NCBI GenBank assembly: GCA_003693705.1 | Contig: RBZT01000423.1 | Span: forward strand, 1 to 64,000 | Direction of reading: 5' to 3' | Length of the DNA: 64,000 nucleotides | Source of the DNA: Polymyxa betae A26-41 | Taxonomy: Eukaryota; Protista; Endomyxa: Phytomyxea | Part shown: one piece after another, positions 1-11,782 of the stretch | Position numbering within the stretch: the stretch's first letter is position 1 | Layout: each line of letters begins with the position of its first letter | Program-made: the position numbers and the translations under genes | Notes under the pieces: model-generated | What the model saw: only the letters and a program-made list of their open reading frames with translations | Database searches by the model: none | What the model was told of the DNA's origin: nothing

Positions 1-800
1 CTTTTTACTCGATCCTAACACTCTGCTGAACAATCTTCTGGGCTTGTTCGCTGGTCAAGTTTCCTCCAGTTGCAGTTGCACTGCGGAATTCCGCCAAGAT
101 TTTGGATATAGTGGCCTGGGTCAGTTTTTCAAGTTGAAACTCATTCTTGGCCCAATCAGCAAGGCTCGTTTGTTTCAGCTTAGGGAAAGACAAATGTCTC
201 TGCCAAATCTGCGAGCGTTGCTCTTTTGAAAGCTTCGTTTTTGATCTTGAAACGTCGGGTCCAACGCACGGAGTTGTAACGTTCTCATGACCGGACTGTA
301 CGTCAGAAGAAGAACTCCTTTCACCATCAGATAATGAACAAGAATCAGACGACAATTGCAACCGCGGGAGTTGACCAGAGCGCATACATGTTCCAGATTT
401 CGAACACCAGATGCGTTGACCATGTCCTTCGTCGTCGAATTCATAAGGTTTCCCGCAAAACGGGTGCACAGGCTGATAGCACGCAGGACACAGATGATGC
501 CCGCTTATTGAAGAGTTACAAACAACGCAGCAATTCATATCGGTGGTGATTGCGACAGCCGGACGGCGAGTAGAACGCAGCGAATCAGCTTTCAATGACG
601 AATCCAGAAGCGAATTTGAGGGCATTGACCCGGGTCAAATTCGAAACACGCAGATTCCGCGATCCGTCAGTCACGCATAATTTTTTTCGTACGCATAAAT
701 AAAATTGCGAACGCAGTTTATTCTCTTATAATTGATACTCTCTTATAATTGATAAAAACACCTGCCACCGACCATATCGATATTCTGCGAGATTAAACTG
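1..800 (-). mobile_element. pogo/Tigger (CENP-B-like) DNA transposon left end with truncated transposase
   Basis: ORF 5..625 encodes a Cys/His zinc-finger-like segment followed by a CENP-B N-terminal HTH (KTKLSKEQRSQIWQRH...LKQTSLADWAKNEFQL...TQATISKIL). A CAGT-starting terminus (cagtttaatctcgc on the minus strand) lies at 800, with a duplicated subterminal motif ctcttataattgata. Confidence 0.7.
5..625 (-). pseudogene. CENP-B/pogo transposase N-terminal part; stop codon before the second HTH/DDE domain
   Basis: HTH motif is present and the ORF terminates at TAA 5-7. Any remainder would lie outside the window. Confidence 0.55.
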
Positions 801-1454
801 CGAGCGCGCAGCCCAGCGCAGCCCGGAGGTTGAGGGATATTTAATTGCACGCCTTGGGGAGGTTCCTGAGGCGACTTTGATTGACATTACTGACGAACCG
901 TTTCAACATAATCCAGTTTTTCTTGCAAAATTATTTTAAGGAAGTCTAACTGAAGTTCCGGTTGATTCATTTCAGAAAACTGATATTATGCTAAAATGTG
1001 AGTGGTTGTGTCACGCTAGGGTTTTCCGATCGAGTAGGATTTATTCAATTAAACATGGTTTTTGTGAGATTCTGCATAAAGGCAATATGGACTTGTCCCT
1101 TGATGAGGTGTTATAAAACGTTTCGCTCGACGAAATCGCAGAATACGGTGACGAGTGTGATCTCAAAAATGACGATACGCAATGGCAGCATCTGAAGCTG
1201 AATCAATTCGGCAACGTTTCCCTTTCGTTGATAACGGATCATGGGTAACTTCTTTCAGTTGCAAACCAAGAGATCCGAGCTTTTTGCAGAAATGCCAGAT
1301 AACATGCAATCAGGTCGAAGGTTTCAGGCTCGACCCGTGAAAATCGGAAGTCAGCATGGCCACAAGCTCTACTAAGTGAGCAATAAATGAAATTGTTCAA
1401 CCTGGTCGCCGCAGGGCTCGTTGTCAGCGTTAAAAGTTAAAATCGACGACGCAG

Positions 1455-1710
1455 TTAGTGTCTATATAATATAGACACTAAGGAATTTTGATAGGGGACT
1501 CCGTGGCCAAAATTTGCGAAAAATCGGTCAAGCAAAACATGGCGTGAATTTCAGCTCTAGTTTAGAAAAATCAAAACTTTTGGATCGTGGACAGCCAATC
1601 CTACGGCGATTCGTTACAATTTTTCTAAAAATATTTATCGGAACGAAGATATTTTACGCTAAAAGTCTAGTGTCTATAATATAGACACTACGGAGTGCGT
1701 ATCAGGGTTA
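1455..1710 (-). mobile_element. piggyBac-like/MITE terminus with two palindromic subterminal repeats
   Basis: Palindromes ttagtgtctatat-a-atatagacactaa (1455-1481) and tagtgtctata-a-tatagacacta (1668-1690). Terminus ...cagggtta(g) at 1703-1711 resembles the piggyBac AGGG|TTAA end. Confidence 0.45.
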
Positions 1711-2115
1711 GATAGGTAATAGAACCCAGATAAATAACGAAATTATGTTTACGAAGAAATAGAGAGATTGGTTATTTATTGCAGACTTAAATGTGATATT
1801 TTACTGTACATCCAGATTTCTGTAAAAACCACCAATGGATTGGATCGAATCGTATAACAAGCCTAGAGATAATCAGATGAGGTTCACAGATAATCAAACA
1901 AAAAAGTCGATTGGGGATCAGAACAACATAAATAAATAACATCAGACATCAGTCCACTACTCCATTTGTTGCATACATCATATGATGAAGATGGGAATAA
2001 TTACATACCTGTTAGTGAATTAGATATTGACATTTCAGACATCTAAGGAAGATAATATAGATCATGTTCCAAGATCACTATATAGTAGATATGTCATCAT
2101 GAATGTCAATATATA

Positions 2116-2161
2116 ATCACTACTGTATATATGCCCCAATGCATGGATATACAGTAGTGAT
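2116..2161. repeat. perfect 15-bp inverted repeat (hairpin)
   Basis: atcactactgtatat...atatacagtagtgat. Confidence 0.8.
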
Positions 2162-2477
2162 GTCATACTTCTATATAGTCCTCTCAGAATACGAATGTTT
2201 CAACAAGGCGCGTGTTTCAGCGCTCTGAAGAACGAAAGTTGTAGAATTTGATGATTTCATCATAGAGGGTCTTTTAGAGGAGGACATGAACTCGTAACCA
2301 AACAAATCACAATGACCAAACCTGGAGATTGTGGCTCATTGAATCGCTTCAGAATTCGGACTCCGTCACGGACTTTCAATATATCAGCGATGCTCTAAAA
2401 TGATACATTCCTCTGAACTAAGAATTTATTAATTGACTGGATTATTGAAATATGTGAGTTATTTAATAACTAGATAA

Positions 2478-3037
2478 CTAGATAGGTTTAGTGAATTGTG
2501 TATGTCTCCCATATCCTTGATAATTAGATCTTCCATCATGTATATCATCACACCATGAATATATACTTGTAAACTCTTTGATATTTGCTATCTCACCCTC
2601 ATACTCACGTGGACGTGCACCTTTATGCAACACAATACGTGCAGATATGTCGTCCAGCTTGTCTTCTTGTTTAACTCTCTCAGTATTCATGCAACTCTGA
2701 TATTCATCCATTGCTGATTTCCATATATCAGCTCTATCTCGTTCTTGCCTCAGATATCGATATGCAGCACTCTTGGTTCTAGCTGCTAATGATGCTGCTT
2801 CTGTTAATGCAGCATTTGATGTAGAGGATGTTACAGTTGAGGATGTTAAATGGCCGAATACTCGTTGAAATGATGTCTATAGAGAAGATGATCATTATAC
2901 ATTTTTTATCTAATCTCATACAATATAACAACCTGAGACTGAGCATCATCTCCCGATCCACCCATCTCTCGTAGAGCCATCTCTTCAACCCAATTTCCTT
3001 CAAGCATTCCATGACCATGTCCAGCTTCCTTCCACAT
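2478..3037 (-). CDS. ciliary microtubule-inner-protein-like (SPAG8/FAP143-like), at least 2 exons
   Basis: Spliced reading MWKEAGHGHGMLEGNWVEEMALREM...|TSFQRVFGH...SIYSWCDD...GYGRHTQFTKPI, containing the GNWxEE motif and a C-terminal FxKPI motif. Confidence 0.55.
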
Positions 3038-3096
3038 TCCAACAATAAATGCAGGGTACCAGGACGATCTTCAATAATATCATGGAACCAAGGGTA

Positions 3097-4799
3097 TTAC
3101 AGACATTTATTAACAGTATCTGTAACAAGTACAGAAGAATTCTGTTCTTGCTCTTCAGATTTGAGTCGATAGGCTCGTGTCAGTTCTAACCGCTTATTCA
3201 TCTTTGAACGTTGATTATCATTAAGTCTCTCAAGTCTATCATCAAGTGATGGACAGACAGATCTCTTCAACAATTGTAAATGTTGTCTTTGCCTTCTCTT
3301 CATCTCACTTCCGTCATGGCCCTCTGAAGCTCGACAAAAGAATTGCTCTTTCAAAGCCGCCACAATTCTAAACAGCACTCATTATACAGCCAACATGTTA
3401 TTAGTGGCTTACCGAGGTTGTCGCCATTGCTCATGTAGAACCCGAACCATTTCACCTTTAGTAGTGGTTTTTACATGCTTATCAAACTCTAGATCGAACT
3501 CGCAGCGGGTTAAGACCAATGGAAGCTGAGAACTTGTTTGAATAACACTTTGAGCACAACCTCTTAACTCACTTGGTTAGCGAGTTCATACTGAGGTTTA
3601 CAAGGATTCTCTTCAACATCAAGTAGAGCATCAATTAGAGAAATATCCTCAAGCCGGCGTCCAATCAAGAAGAGACATGCTACCATACAACGAACCTGTG
3701 AATATACTATATCAGATATAAAAACTTATTATATAGATGCAGATACCTGATTATAGAGAAAAGAATGCCCAGTAACAGTGATGGCATACAATGTATCTGG
3801 ACCGGTTCGTTGATCATAATGATCAGCAACGTCAATTGTTATAGAAACCAATGTACGAATAAATGAGCTACATGATACCACATTCCTATCAACAACTTAG
3901 ACATCACATAACAAAACAGCTGGTACACTGAGTATACATTCGACAAAAATTTCTAAAATCATGAGTACCAATCAGCTTCTGAGCAGCCATCCTCATTAAA
4001 TCCAGGTCCATTCCGTCGAGAAAGAAAAAATACTGGAAACCATTTAATAGCACTCTAATAAGAGTTAAGTTCGATTACCTGATATGTTCGACTAAGACAA
4101 TGATAACGAGCATTGAAATCATCAGGAACGAATGCGAATCTATTGACATAATAAACATGAACCTCAACATGCACATAAACAGATGATTTCTGAATACCCA
4201 GTGACACGAATATCTTCAGGTAGACAATTGTTCATAATTGCCATATAATCAAATGGTTCACATTCATCTGGAGTAGCACGAACATCACAGGCGACAACAT
4301 TTTCCAGAGCAGATACACCCTACGAACCCCAGTTTACAACTTGCTAAGAAGATCGCCGATACAATGTTCCTACTTTATCGGTTCTGCCACAGCGAGAAAA
4401 CCTACACGAATCTCTGGATCTAATCGCGATGATATCAATAAAATGAATGATATACATTAAAACATTTACCGACTGGATTAACTTCGCTCGTTCTAATGCT
4501 CGATAGAAATATTCTTCAATAGTTTCATCGGTTGTCGCCTGAATTGCTAAACCACGATAACGCTCCCCGAAATAAGAAATTCGAAATGCCACTCTCCTGA
4601 TCATAAATCTAGACCAGTCCAAAGATTTCTTGGAATTTTTTTCCCGAATCCGATGAGGCTTTCCACCTTGATCATATTAGTGAAATCGCACTCCAGATCG
4701 AAATATCTTACAAATCTGATGCAGCAGCACGATGAGCTCTTGTTTGGTCATTCGACTCAAAGTCGCAATATTGGGCAAGCGATTGTTTCTCCTGGTCAT
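3097..4799 (-). CDS. PUS3: tRNA pseudouridine(38/39) synthase, TruA family, multi-exon
   Basis: RRVAFRISYFGERYRGLAIQ, FSRCGRTDK|GVSA (catalytic Asp), VPDDFNARYHC, HDFRNFC, FLYNQ|VRCMV. Confidence 0.9.
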
Positions 4800-5068
4800 G
4801 ACGACGATTCAGAACCCGGAACTCGAGATGAATCAGACGAAATATATCTCGGGTCAGAGATGAAGTCCGAGATCAAGATCTCGCTATTATCATGACATTT
4901 GCAATATGATGTATGGTATAATATTGTTAACTGAATGTAGGACTATATATTAAATGTTACACATACTCTGATCTGTGATGGCTTAACGCTCATCAGACTT
5001 AGTATCAGCTCTTCACCACTTCAACTTTTATTTCTTAATATATGTCTACCTGATCTGGTTATCACCTA

Positions 5069-5953
5069 ATGTCATCATATCATCGAATCACAACTATTGT
5101 TGCTGTTATCGCTCTGATGCTTATTCTAGCAAGCTTTATTCTCCTGCGATCAACTCAGAATCCGCCAGGTAGCGCCGCTTCTGCATCTAAATCTCTTGAG
5201 GCCAGTATTTATCATCAAGTATTGGTCCTACGAAAGCTCACCAATCAGCTGTCAGAAAGGTTTGATGTTGATATATACAAAACTTACGATTCGGAAATGA
5301 GGGCGCTTGATGATCTCAGAAGGGAATGCAAAGAAAATCTGACCGAGATCGCGGAAATCTTGAAGAACTACAAATATCGTGTTAATTTAGCCATTGATCT
5401 GCATAGATCTGCCTCTGTCAAACTAGCCAGGGATATTTCTCTGTACATGGAGAGGTATCAGCAGAATCATACCAAGGCCTTAATCCGATTCTCTGAACTG
5501 GATCAAGATTGGGATAATAGTTTCATTCCTGTTTATCATCCTAATGCTTCTGTAATTTATTTCTCTTCAATATATCGCAGTTTGCGTCCGTCCACGAATT
5601 TTCATACTATCCTTAATAGCAATGAGCTGAAAAAGGGTCTCCAGCAAGCTGTCGTTCAGACTTGCTCGAACCAAATTAGTGATCTTTCTATCAAGCAAAG
5701 TTTAAACGAATCAAGAAGTCGTCTGTTATGGATCTCAAACGAATACAAAAAATTAGTGAGCAGGATGGTTCCGAGACCAACCAATACGGAGACATTCTTT
5801 TATGATCTCTGCTTATTATGGTCAATACATTTGAAGAGACAACAGCTCTGGCGTGTACCAGCTGGAATATTATCATCCGACGTCATTGCTCACGTTTTCA
5901 AATCGTTTCTGCTTCGATTACAGTATCATATGACTGAATTAGTAAGAATGTGA
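5069..5953 (+). CDS. hypothetical single-exon protein with N-terminal signal anchor and coiled-coil
   Basis: 294-aa ORF; hydrophobic ITTIVAVIALMLILASFILL followed by a helical region. Confidence 0.65.
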   Translation: MSSYHRITTIVAVIALMLILASFILLRSTQNPPGSAASASKSLEASIYHQVLVLRKLTNQLSERFDVDIYKTYDSEMRALDDLRRECKENLTEIAEILKNYKYRVNLAIDLHRSASVKLARDISLYMERYQQNHTKALIRFSELDQDWDNSFIPVYHPNASVIYFSSIYRSLRPSTNFHTILNSNELKKGLQQAVVQTCSNQISDLSIKQSLNESRSRLLWISNEYKKLVSRMVPRPTNTETFFYDLCLLWSIHLKRQQLWRVPAGILSSDVIAHVFKSFLLRLQYHMTELVRM

Positions 5954-6055
5954 TAAACAAGTACTTTATAACGACACTCTGTGCATGCTATAAACAACAT
6001 CGTCATTTCAGCGCACATTTCATTTAGAGTCTGTCCTCACTTCGTGCTATTCCTT

Positions 6056-6804
6056 ATGAGCCTTGATTATGAGCAATTAGAAGTTGATATTATACATGAT
6101 CTCCATTATGGCAAATTGCATCAAGCTTCGCGTTTGCTAGCCAACCTTCAGGTCCAGTTCCCAAATAGCATCCGAGCTCAGCGTCTGCAAGCGAAACTGT
6201 TTGCAGCCCGAGGACTGACTGACAAAGCAATTGATACGTGTGGCGAGATTACTGCCAGCAATCCCGCTGATATCATGACATTGAAAACCTTAATCAGCTG
6301 CCGGAAAGGAGCTGGTTGTTTAGATCTTGCGGTAAACGCGCTTCTGGATCTTATCGATTTGATTCCAAGTGATGTAAACTGTTGGCGTGAGCTTGTTGAC
6401 ATCTATATTCGTCAGAGGCAATTTTCGTATGCTTTGTTCTCTATTGAAGATCTTCTTCTTCTTCAGCCCTCCTGTTATTCATCGTATCTCATGTACGCTG
6501 AAGTGTTAGTTAGTATTGGCGATAAGAAATCTTTAAAACAAGCAAGACAGTACTACAGCATGTCCATCGAATTAAATCCCGAACGAAACCCGAGGGCGCT
6601 TTATGGATTATTATTGGTACAAATTCAGAAATTGTATAAAGGCTATGTATACTAACCATTAAGCTGAAGTTATGCAGAAATAACGCTCAGAAAATGCCTA
6701 TCGTTCAAGAGCTGCATCAATTCTCGTTGAAGAAACTGTTGGATGTTTATGAGGCCAAGAATTCCAAGTTGATTCGATTTGTTCGTCTGATTGGAACCTT
6801 TTGA
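6056..6804 (+). CDS. EMC2: ER membrane protein complex subunit 2 (TPR protein)
   Basis: QFPNSIRAQRL, DVNCWRELVDIY, FSIEDLLLLQP, ARQYYSMSIEL...RALYGL; one 3' intron. Confidence 0.85.
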
Positions 6805-7233
6805 TGCACAACTGCTAATAAGCTCGAGCAGGACAATTCAGATTCAGATCCATAATCAACAACCCAATCATCGAGTCATAAAATGAATTGGTATCAAAAC
6901 ATTATTTGCTCTGTAAATATCTTATTTTACGCGAAGAATAAAGAACAGTCTTTGATTGTTGAATTCTAAATTATTTATCACTTCAGAAAAAGCAATATTC
7001 TGCAGTGCAGTGGACGAGAGTGGGCTTTCTAATAGAAACTGAGGTTTTGATAAGGAGATGTCTACTAGTTAGCAAAGAACTCGTCATCAATGAGAAGTTG
7101 AATTTGAGCAACACTGCATGATGGAGTTAAATTAGACGCAACTAACGTATTAGATACGGAGTCATTGCGGTCTTGGTGCTTGTCGCCCAATCCTAATCTC
7201 CAATCAGGTTCCAGGTCCAGCATAACTTCAGCT

Positions 7234-8214
7234 ATGACCGCCCGAGCACAACCTGCTCCTGTACCGATGGATGGTGATAACTCTAGTGATGTTGGCGCCA
7301 ATGAAGATGAGGAAGAGGAGTACGCCTGGGTCTCTTATTTTTGTAGTCTTAAAGGCAATGAATTCTTCTGTCAAGTACAGATAACACAACCTTCTATAGA
7401 ACAAATTAGCCTAAATGTTTATTCAGGTGGAACCTGAATATTTACATGATGGTTTTAACCTGATGGGATTAAGCTCCCAAGTTCCATACTACGAATTTGC
7501 TCTTGATATTATTTTGGATGTTGATTATGATGATGAGAATCTTACTGAAGAACAGCAAGAGATGATTGAAAGTGAGGTACGCCATTCTTTTTCCTCTCGT
7601 AAAAAAACTTAATCCACCTTGGCGCTTAGGCTGAAAATCTCTATGGGCTGATTCATTCTCGATATATTCTAACAACTCGAGGTCTCGCTGCTATGCTTAA
7701 GAAGTACCAACAAGTTCAGTTTGGAAGATGCCCTCGTGTTGCATGTATGGGACAGCCAATGCTTCCTATTGGTTTGTATGATACGCCTGATAAAGCTCCC
7801 GTTAAGCTTTATTGTGCCAAATGCAATGAGATATATAGCCCGAGATCACATAGAGCTGAAAGTATTTATACTGTCATCATATCTCTAGATAATTTAATAA
7901 GGATGTTGTAGATGTCGATGGGGCGTATTTCGGAACAACATTCGCTCACTTATTTTACCTTGTCAGTAATCAATCATGGGTAAACAATCAAATTCTTATT
8001 GCTTGTTATGAATGCAGGTTTATCCTGAATTATATCCTTCCCCATCTCCAAGTAACTATGTACCACGTATCTTTGGCTTCCAGTATGATCTTGTTTGTCG
8101 TTCTGTTCTCAGCTTTATTTATAATTTAGACTGCATCGGGATGCTCATCAACGCGCCCTGGAGCATCGCAGTGAAAAAGATAAAGTCGTGATGCCAGGTC
8201 AAGGGACGCGATGA
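7234..8214 (+). CDS. CSNK2B: casein kinase II regulatory (beta) subunit
   Basis: [51 protein letters not shown]...[17 protein letters not shown]. Confidence 0.97.
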
Positions 8215-8657
8215 GCTTGTTAATTTAATCGGAGGCAATTGTTTTAATCAATAATCTGTCAATACAGAATGTCTATACCGTATGATATGTGAACGCTTTC
8301 GCTGAGTTGCTTTTCAATCTAAGACTATGTTTAATTCTACAGCCCCAAATTACTGACTGTTTTCGATGGATATTGTCATATTGGTTCAGGTAGGGGTTCT
8401 TTAGGCAGAAAAGATGATTGTCAATACTATAGATTTCCCTACTAGGTTATATTACTTATATATTATTAATAGAATAGATGAGAGGAGTCCGGCCTTCCTC
8501 GTCTCCCTGTTCTTTCTTAACATCACAGCTTTTATTTATTTTGCAATCCTCATTTGATAATTCATTTCCCTTTTAAACTCCCAGATCGGACTCTAATATC
8601 ATGTAATTCTTTTCCAACGTTATTCTCAGTCAGTTAAAGCTATTCAGGCTGAATCTT

Positions 8658-11600
8658 ATGCATTCCACCCAATTAAATGCTGGCATTCGCAGCAGTAATC
8701 CAGAAAAAGGGACAAATCACTTAAGCGATTTACTAAGGTACATACATCAAGCAAAACCAACAATCGACGACGACCTGCACCGAATCTACGACAATCTTCG
8801 CTCACTTCGCCAAGAAATTGTTTCATCGTCGCGATCGAATTTCATTCTTGAGCGAGAACTAGACAGTATTGATGAGAAGATCAGGTTGCTTATTCGAAAT
8901 CAAATTAGTCTTCAAGATGTTATCAACAGCGTTCAGGTAATAATATTCCTCTTGTCGCATGCTCTATAATAATATCGGTTGTCTGAGTTAAGGTTGTTGA
9001 GCGGAAAACTACTGGCCTTTTAGATTCCAAAAGACGCTTTGCTTATGAGCATGTTCTGTAATATTATTATAGTAGAGAATGCTTTACATTCTAAGAGATT
9101 TACAGGTATACCTTACAAACTGAACCTATTCACTTTGCAAAATTGTCTCGCGTTATTACTGCTGGTCAAATCCAATCCTTCGTACAAACTGTTGTCTTTG
9201 ATTTCTATGGAGATCAATATGATACACGAGATGAAAGGCTTCTTCTGTCATTATTTGGACACGTTCTTCATGCTGAATTTGCATCTGTATTAGAGACATT
9301 TTGAATACCTTAAGAGTGGCTGATTTGATATCAATAGGCACCCAATATGGGATCATTACTTCGTGCCAATACAGTCATCACTAATATGCTCTCTGCATAC
9401 TCAAGACGAGGGATGGGACTTTCTATTCTTTCAGATATTCTTTCAGATCCTCTGCAGCGTATAACTTCTGAAAAAGATCTGGATTTGGAGTTAAACCCCG
9501 TCGTTATTTATCGGCAACTCATTGCATCGAATTCGACCAAATTCCAAGATTTTTCATCCTCAAAGTTGTGGCAAATCTTGGATTTAATTCAGCATCTAAT
9601 TATTGTTATGTACAGAGAGCTATCGTGTGAAGAATGTCTACAGATACCAGAGATTCAATTTATAATTAATCAAAGGCGCTTACGTTTGATTACGTTTGCA
9701 AGCGAGATATTACATCGAATCTGCGACAATGTACAGACAATTCCCTATGGGATGAGATGGATTTGCAGAAAAATTAAGGAATTGGCAATGGAATTCTTTC
9801 CCGAGGTATTTAAATAAGACTGCCCAATATTCTCAGTACAATTGTGTTTGCAGGCGGATAATCGTAAGGTTGGCTCATTAATCGGTGGATATATTTATCT
9901 GCGTTTCTTTAATCCTGTCATTGTAACTCCAGATGTAAATGTTTACCCTGTTTGTTATATAATTACTGATCTGAATGTAGACAGTAGATATAGTTCGTGG
10001 CAAACTACCTAAAAATATGCGAAGGAATCTGATTCTGATAGCCAAATTGTTGCAGAATCTATCAAATGGGCTGGAATTTGGGGAGAAGGTTGTACAGCCT
10101 CAGTATGATTTAGCGTTGGCAATTTGATACTGATCCAAGGAACCATACATGATTCTATGTAATGAATTCATCGACAAATCACGAGATACGCTGCAGAATT
10201 ATTTCAATGAACTTGTCAATGTTCATGACCTGCAAACCGAATTAGTTATGGATAAATGGCTTGAACTAACGACTAAACGAGAAATCCAAATTCAGGTATT
10301 GAAATCTCAATCAATGGGACAATTGTTAAGTTCATTTCATTCAGTTGTCGTTCAATCAATTATTTTTTCTTCATTCATTGCTGGATCAGCACGTTGATCT
10401 GTTATGTAATAATAATCATCCCTATCTTAGAAAGCAGATTATGCAGCTGGGGCCAGCACCCAGCCAACTTAAGCCGCAAGACAATCTTATTGTAACCTCA
10501 ATGATTCGTTCATTAATTCCATTCAAGGAGATTGATTAGGTGGGAATTGAGCTCAGGCGATCCGTGTCAGATTTAGCAATTGATGCAATTACTGGAGTTC
10601 CACGTGATCGTATTCCTTCATCTGATATCGAATCTAGTCAATTGCTCAATCATGAAGATGGACATCCACTTTTTCAGGATGCTGCCCGTTTATTGATGCA
10701 ATTTCTTGTGTTGATTCCTCCTGAAATGATCAACTGCAGAAATTTTCAACAATTACTCCGAAATGCTCTGGTACCTGTCTTGCACTATTTGCAATCGCAT
10801 TCTGAGATTAACAGGAATGTTTCGAACGAGCTGGAAACAATCAGATTATCGAAACTGTGCATAATTTGTCGGATGTGATCGTTACGCTGAAACGTTTGAA
10901 ATTGATTCGGTTCAGTTCCAATTTTAGTGATACATTTGACGTTAGTATTTGAAATAATTTTGATTAGTGAGATTAAAATGCATTTAACATTGTAGGCATT
11001 TGTTGAGAATGTTTATCACAGCGTCACATTTCGCACTAAACATTTACAAACTGTGACTCAGCGAAGGGCTCTGATTGCTAAAGTCATGAGTTCATCACTA
11101 AATAGTGTCTGATTATTCTAACTCGAATCTGTCAGGTTGCAGCAACGATCCTCAATCATCATCAATATCTGGAATCACGTCTAGCATTATATCGTCAGGT
11201 ATGCAGTTTCGTTTCCATCGTTCGAAATCATGAACCTTATTGATCAATTGTCAGTATCTTGATAATGTTCGACTTGGTCCAGTCGGCTCTGCTAACGGGA
11301 GCCTTGGTCATGGGCCAGGGCGTCTTCTACACGCTGCTGTTTGCTTCAAGATATCCCATTCTGAACTAGAATCGTCAGGTAAGCAATTGCGGCAATGGTT
11401 TCTTCTAACCTGAACATAATTGTAGGATTAATTATTGCTGTGGATCCAGAGGTAAGAAAACCCCTTTTAAAAAAGGCATTGTTCATGTTTTCCTCGACCT
11501 CCAATCCAAATCAGTTTATTATGTCTGTACATTGCAGCAAATCCAGGTACGTGTATATAAAACTGATTTTCCTTTCAAGGTCACTAAATTGGGTGGTTAG

Positions 11601-11751
11601 GTCACCATTGAGTCCAATATTGCTGGATCTGGAGGAATTACTGGATATGCAATCCAATAATCAGGCTACAATCAATGTACCAAACATGGTCCTGAGCGTT
11701 AACCTATTAATCAACCTACTTAATACTAAATTTCTTGTAACAAGACGGTAA
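8658..11751 (+). CDS. Ras GTPase-activating protein (Sar1/Gap1/IQGAP-related, RasGAP + RasGAP_C)
   Basis: GSLLRANT arginine finger, IPYGMRWIC, YLRFFNPVIVTPD, RRNLILIAKLLQNLSNG, C-terminal VNLLINLLNTKF. Confidence 0.9.
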
Positions 11752-11782
11752 TAGAAATATAAACGTGTATAATGCAACAGCA

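Noticed and set aside
2779-3097. Apparent in-frame read-through of the PUS3 stop into the next ORF
   Set aside because: A different frame gives a coherent spliced GNWVEE protein, so the in-frame ORF is probably coincidental.
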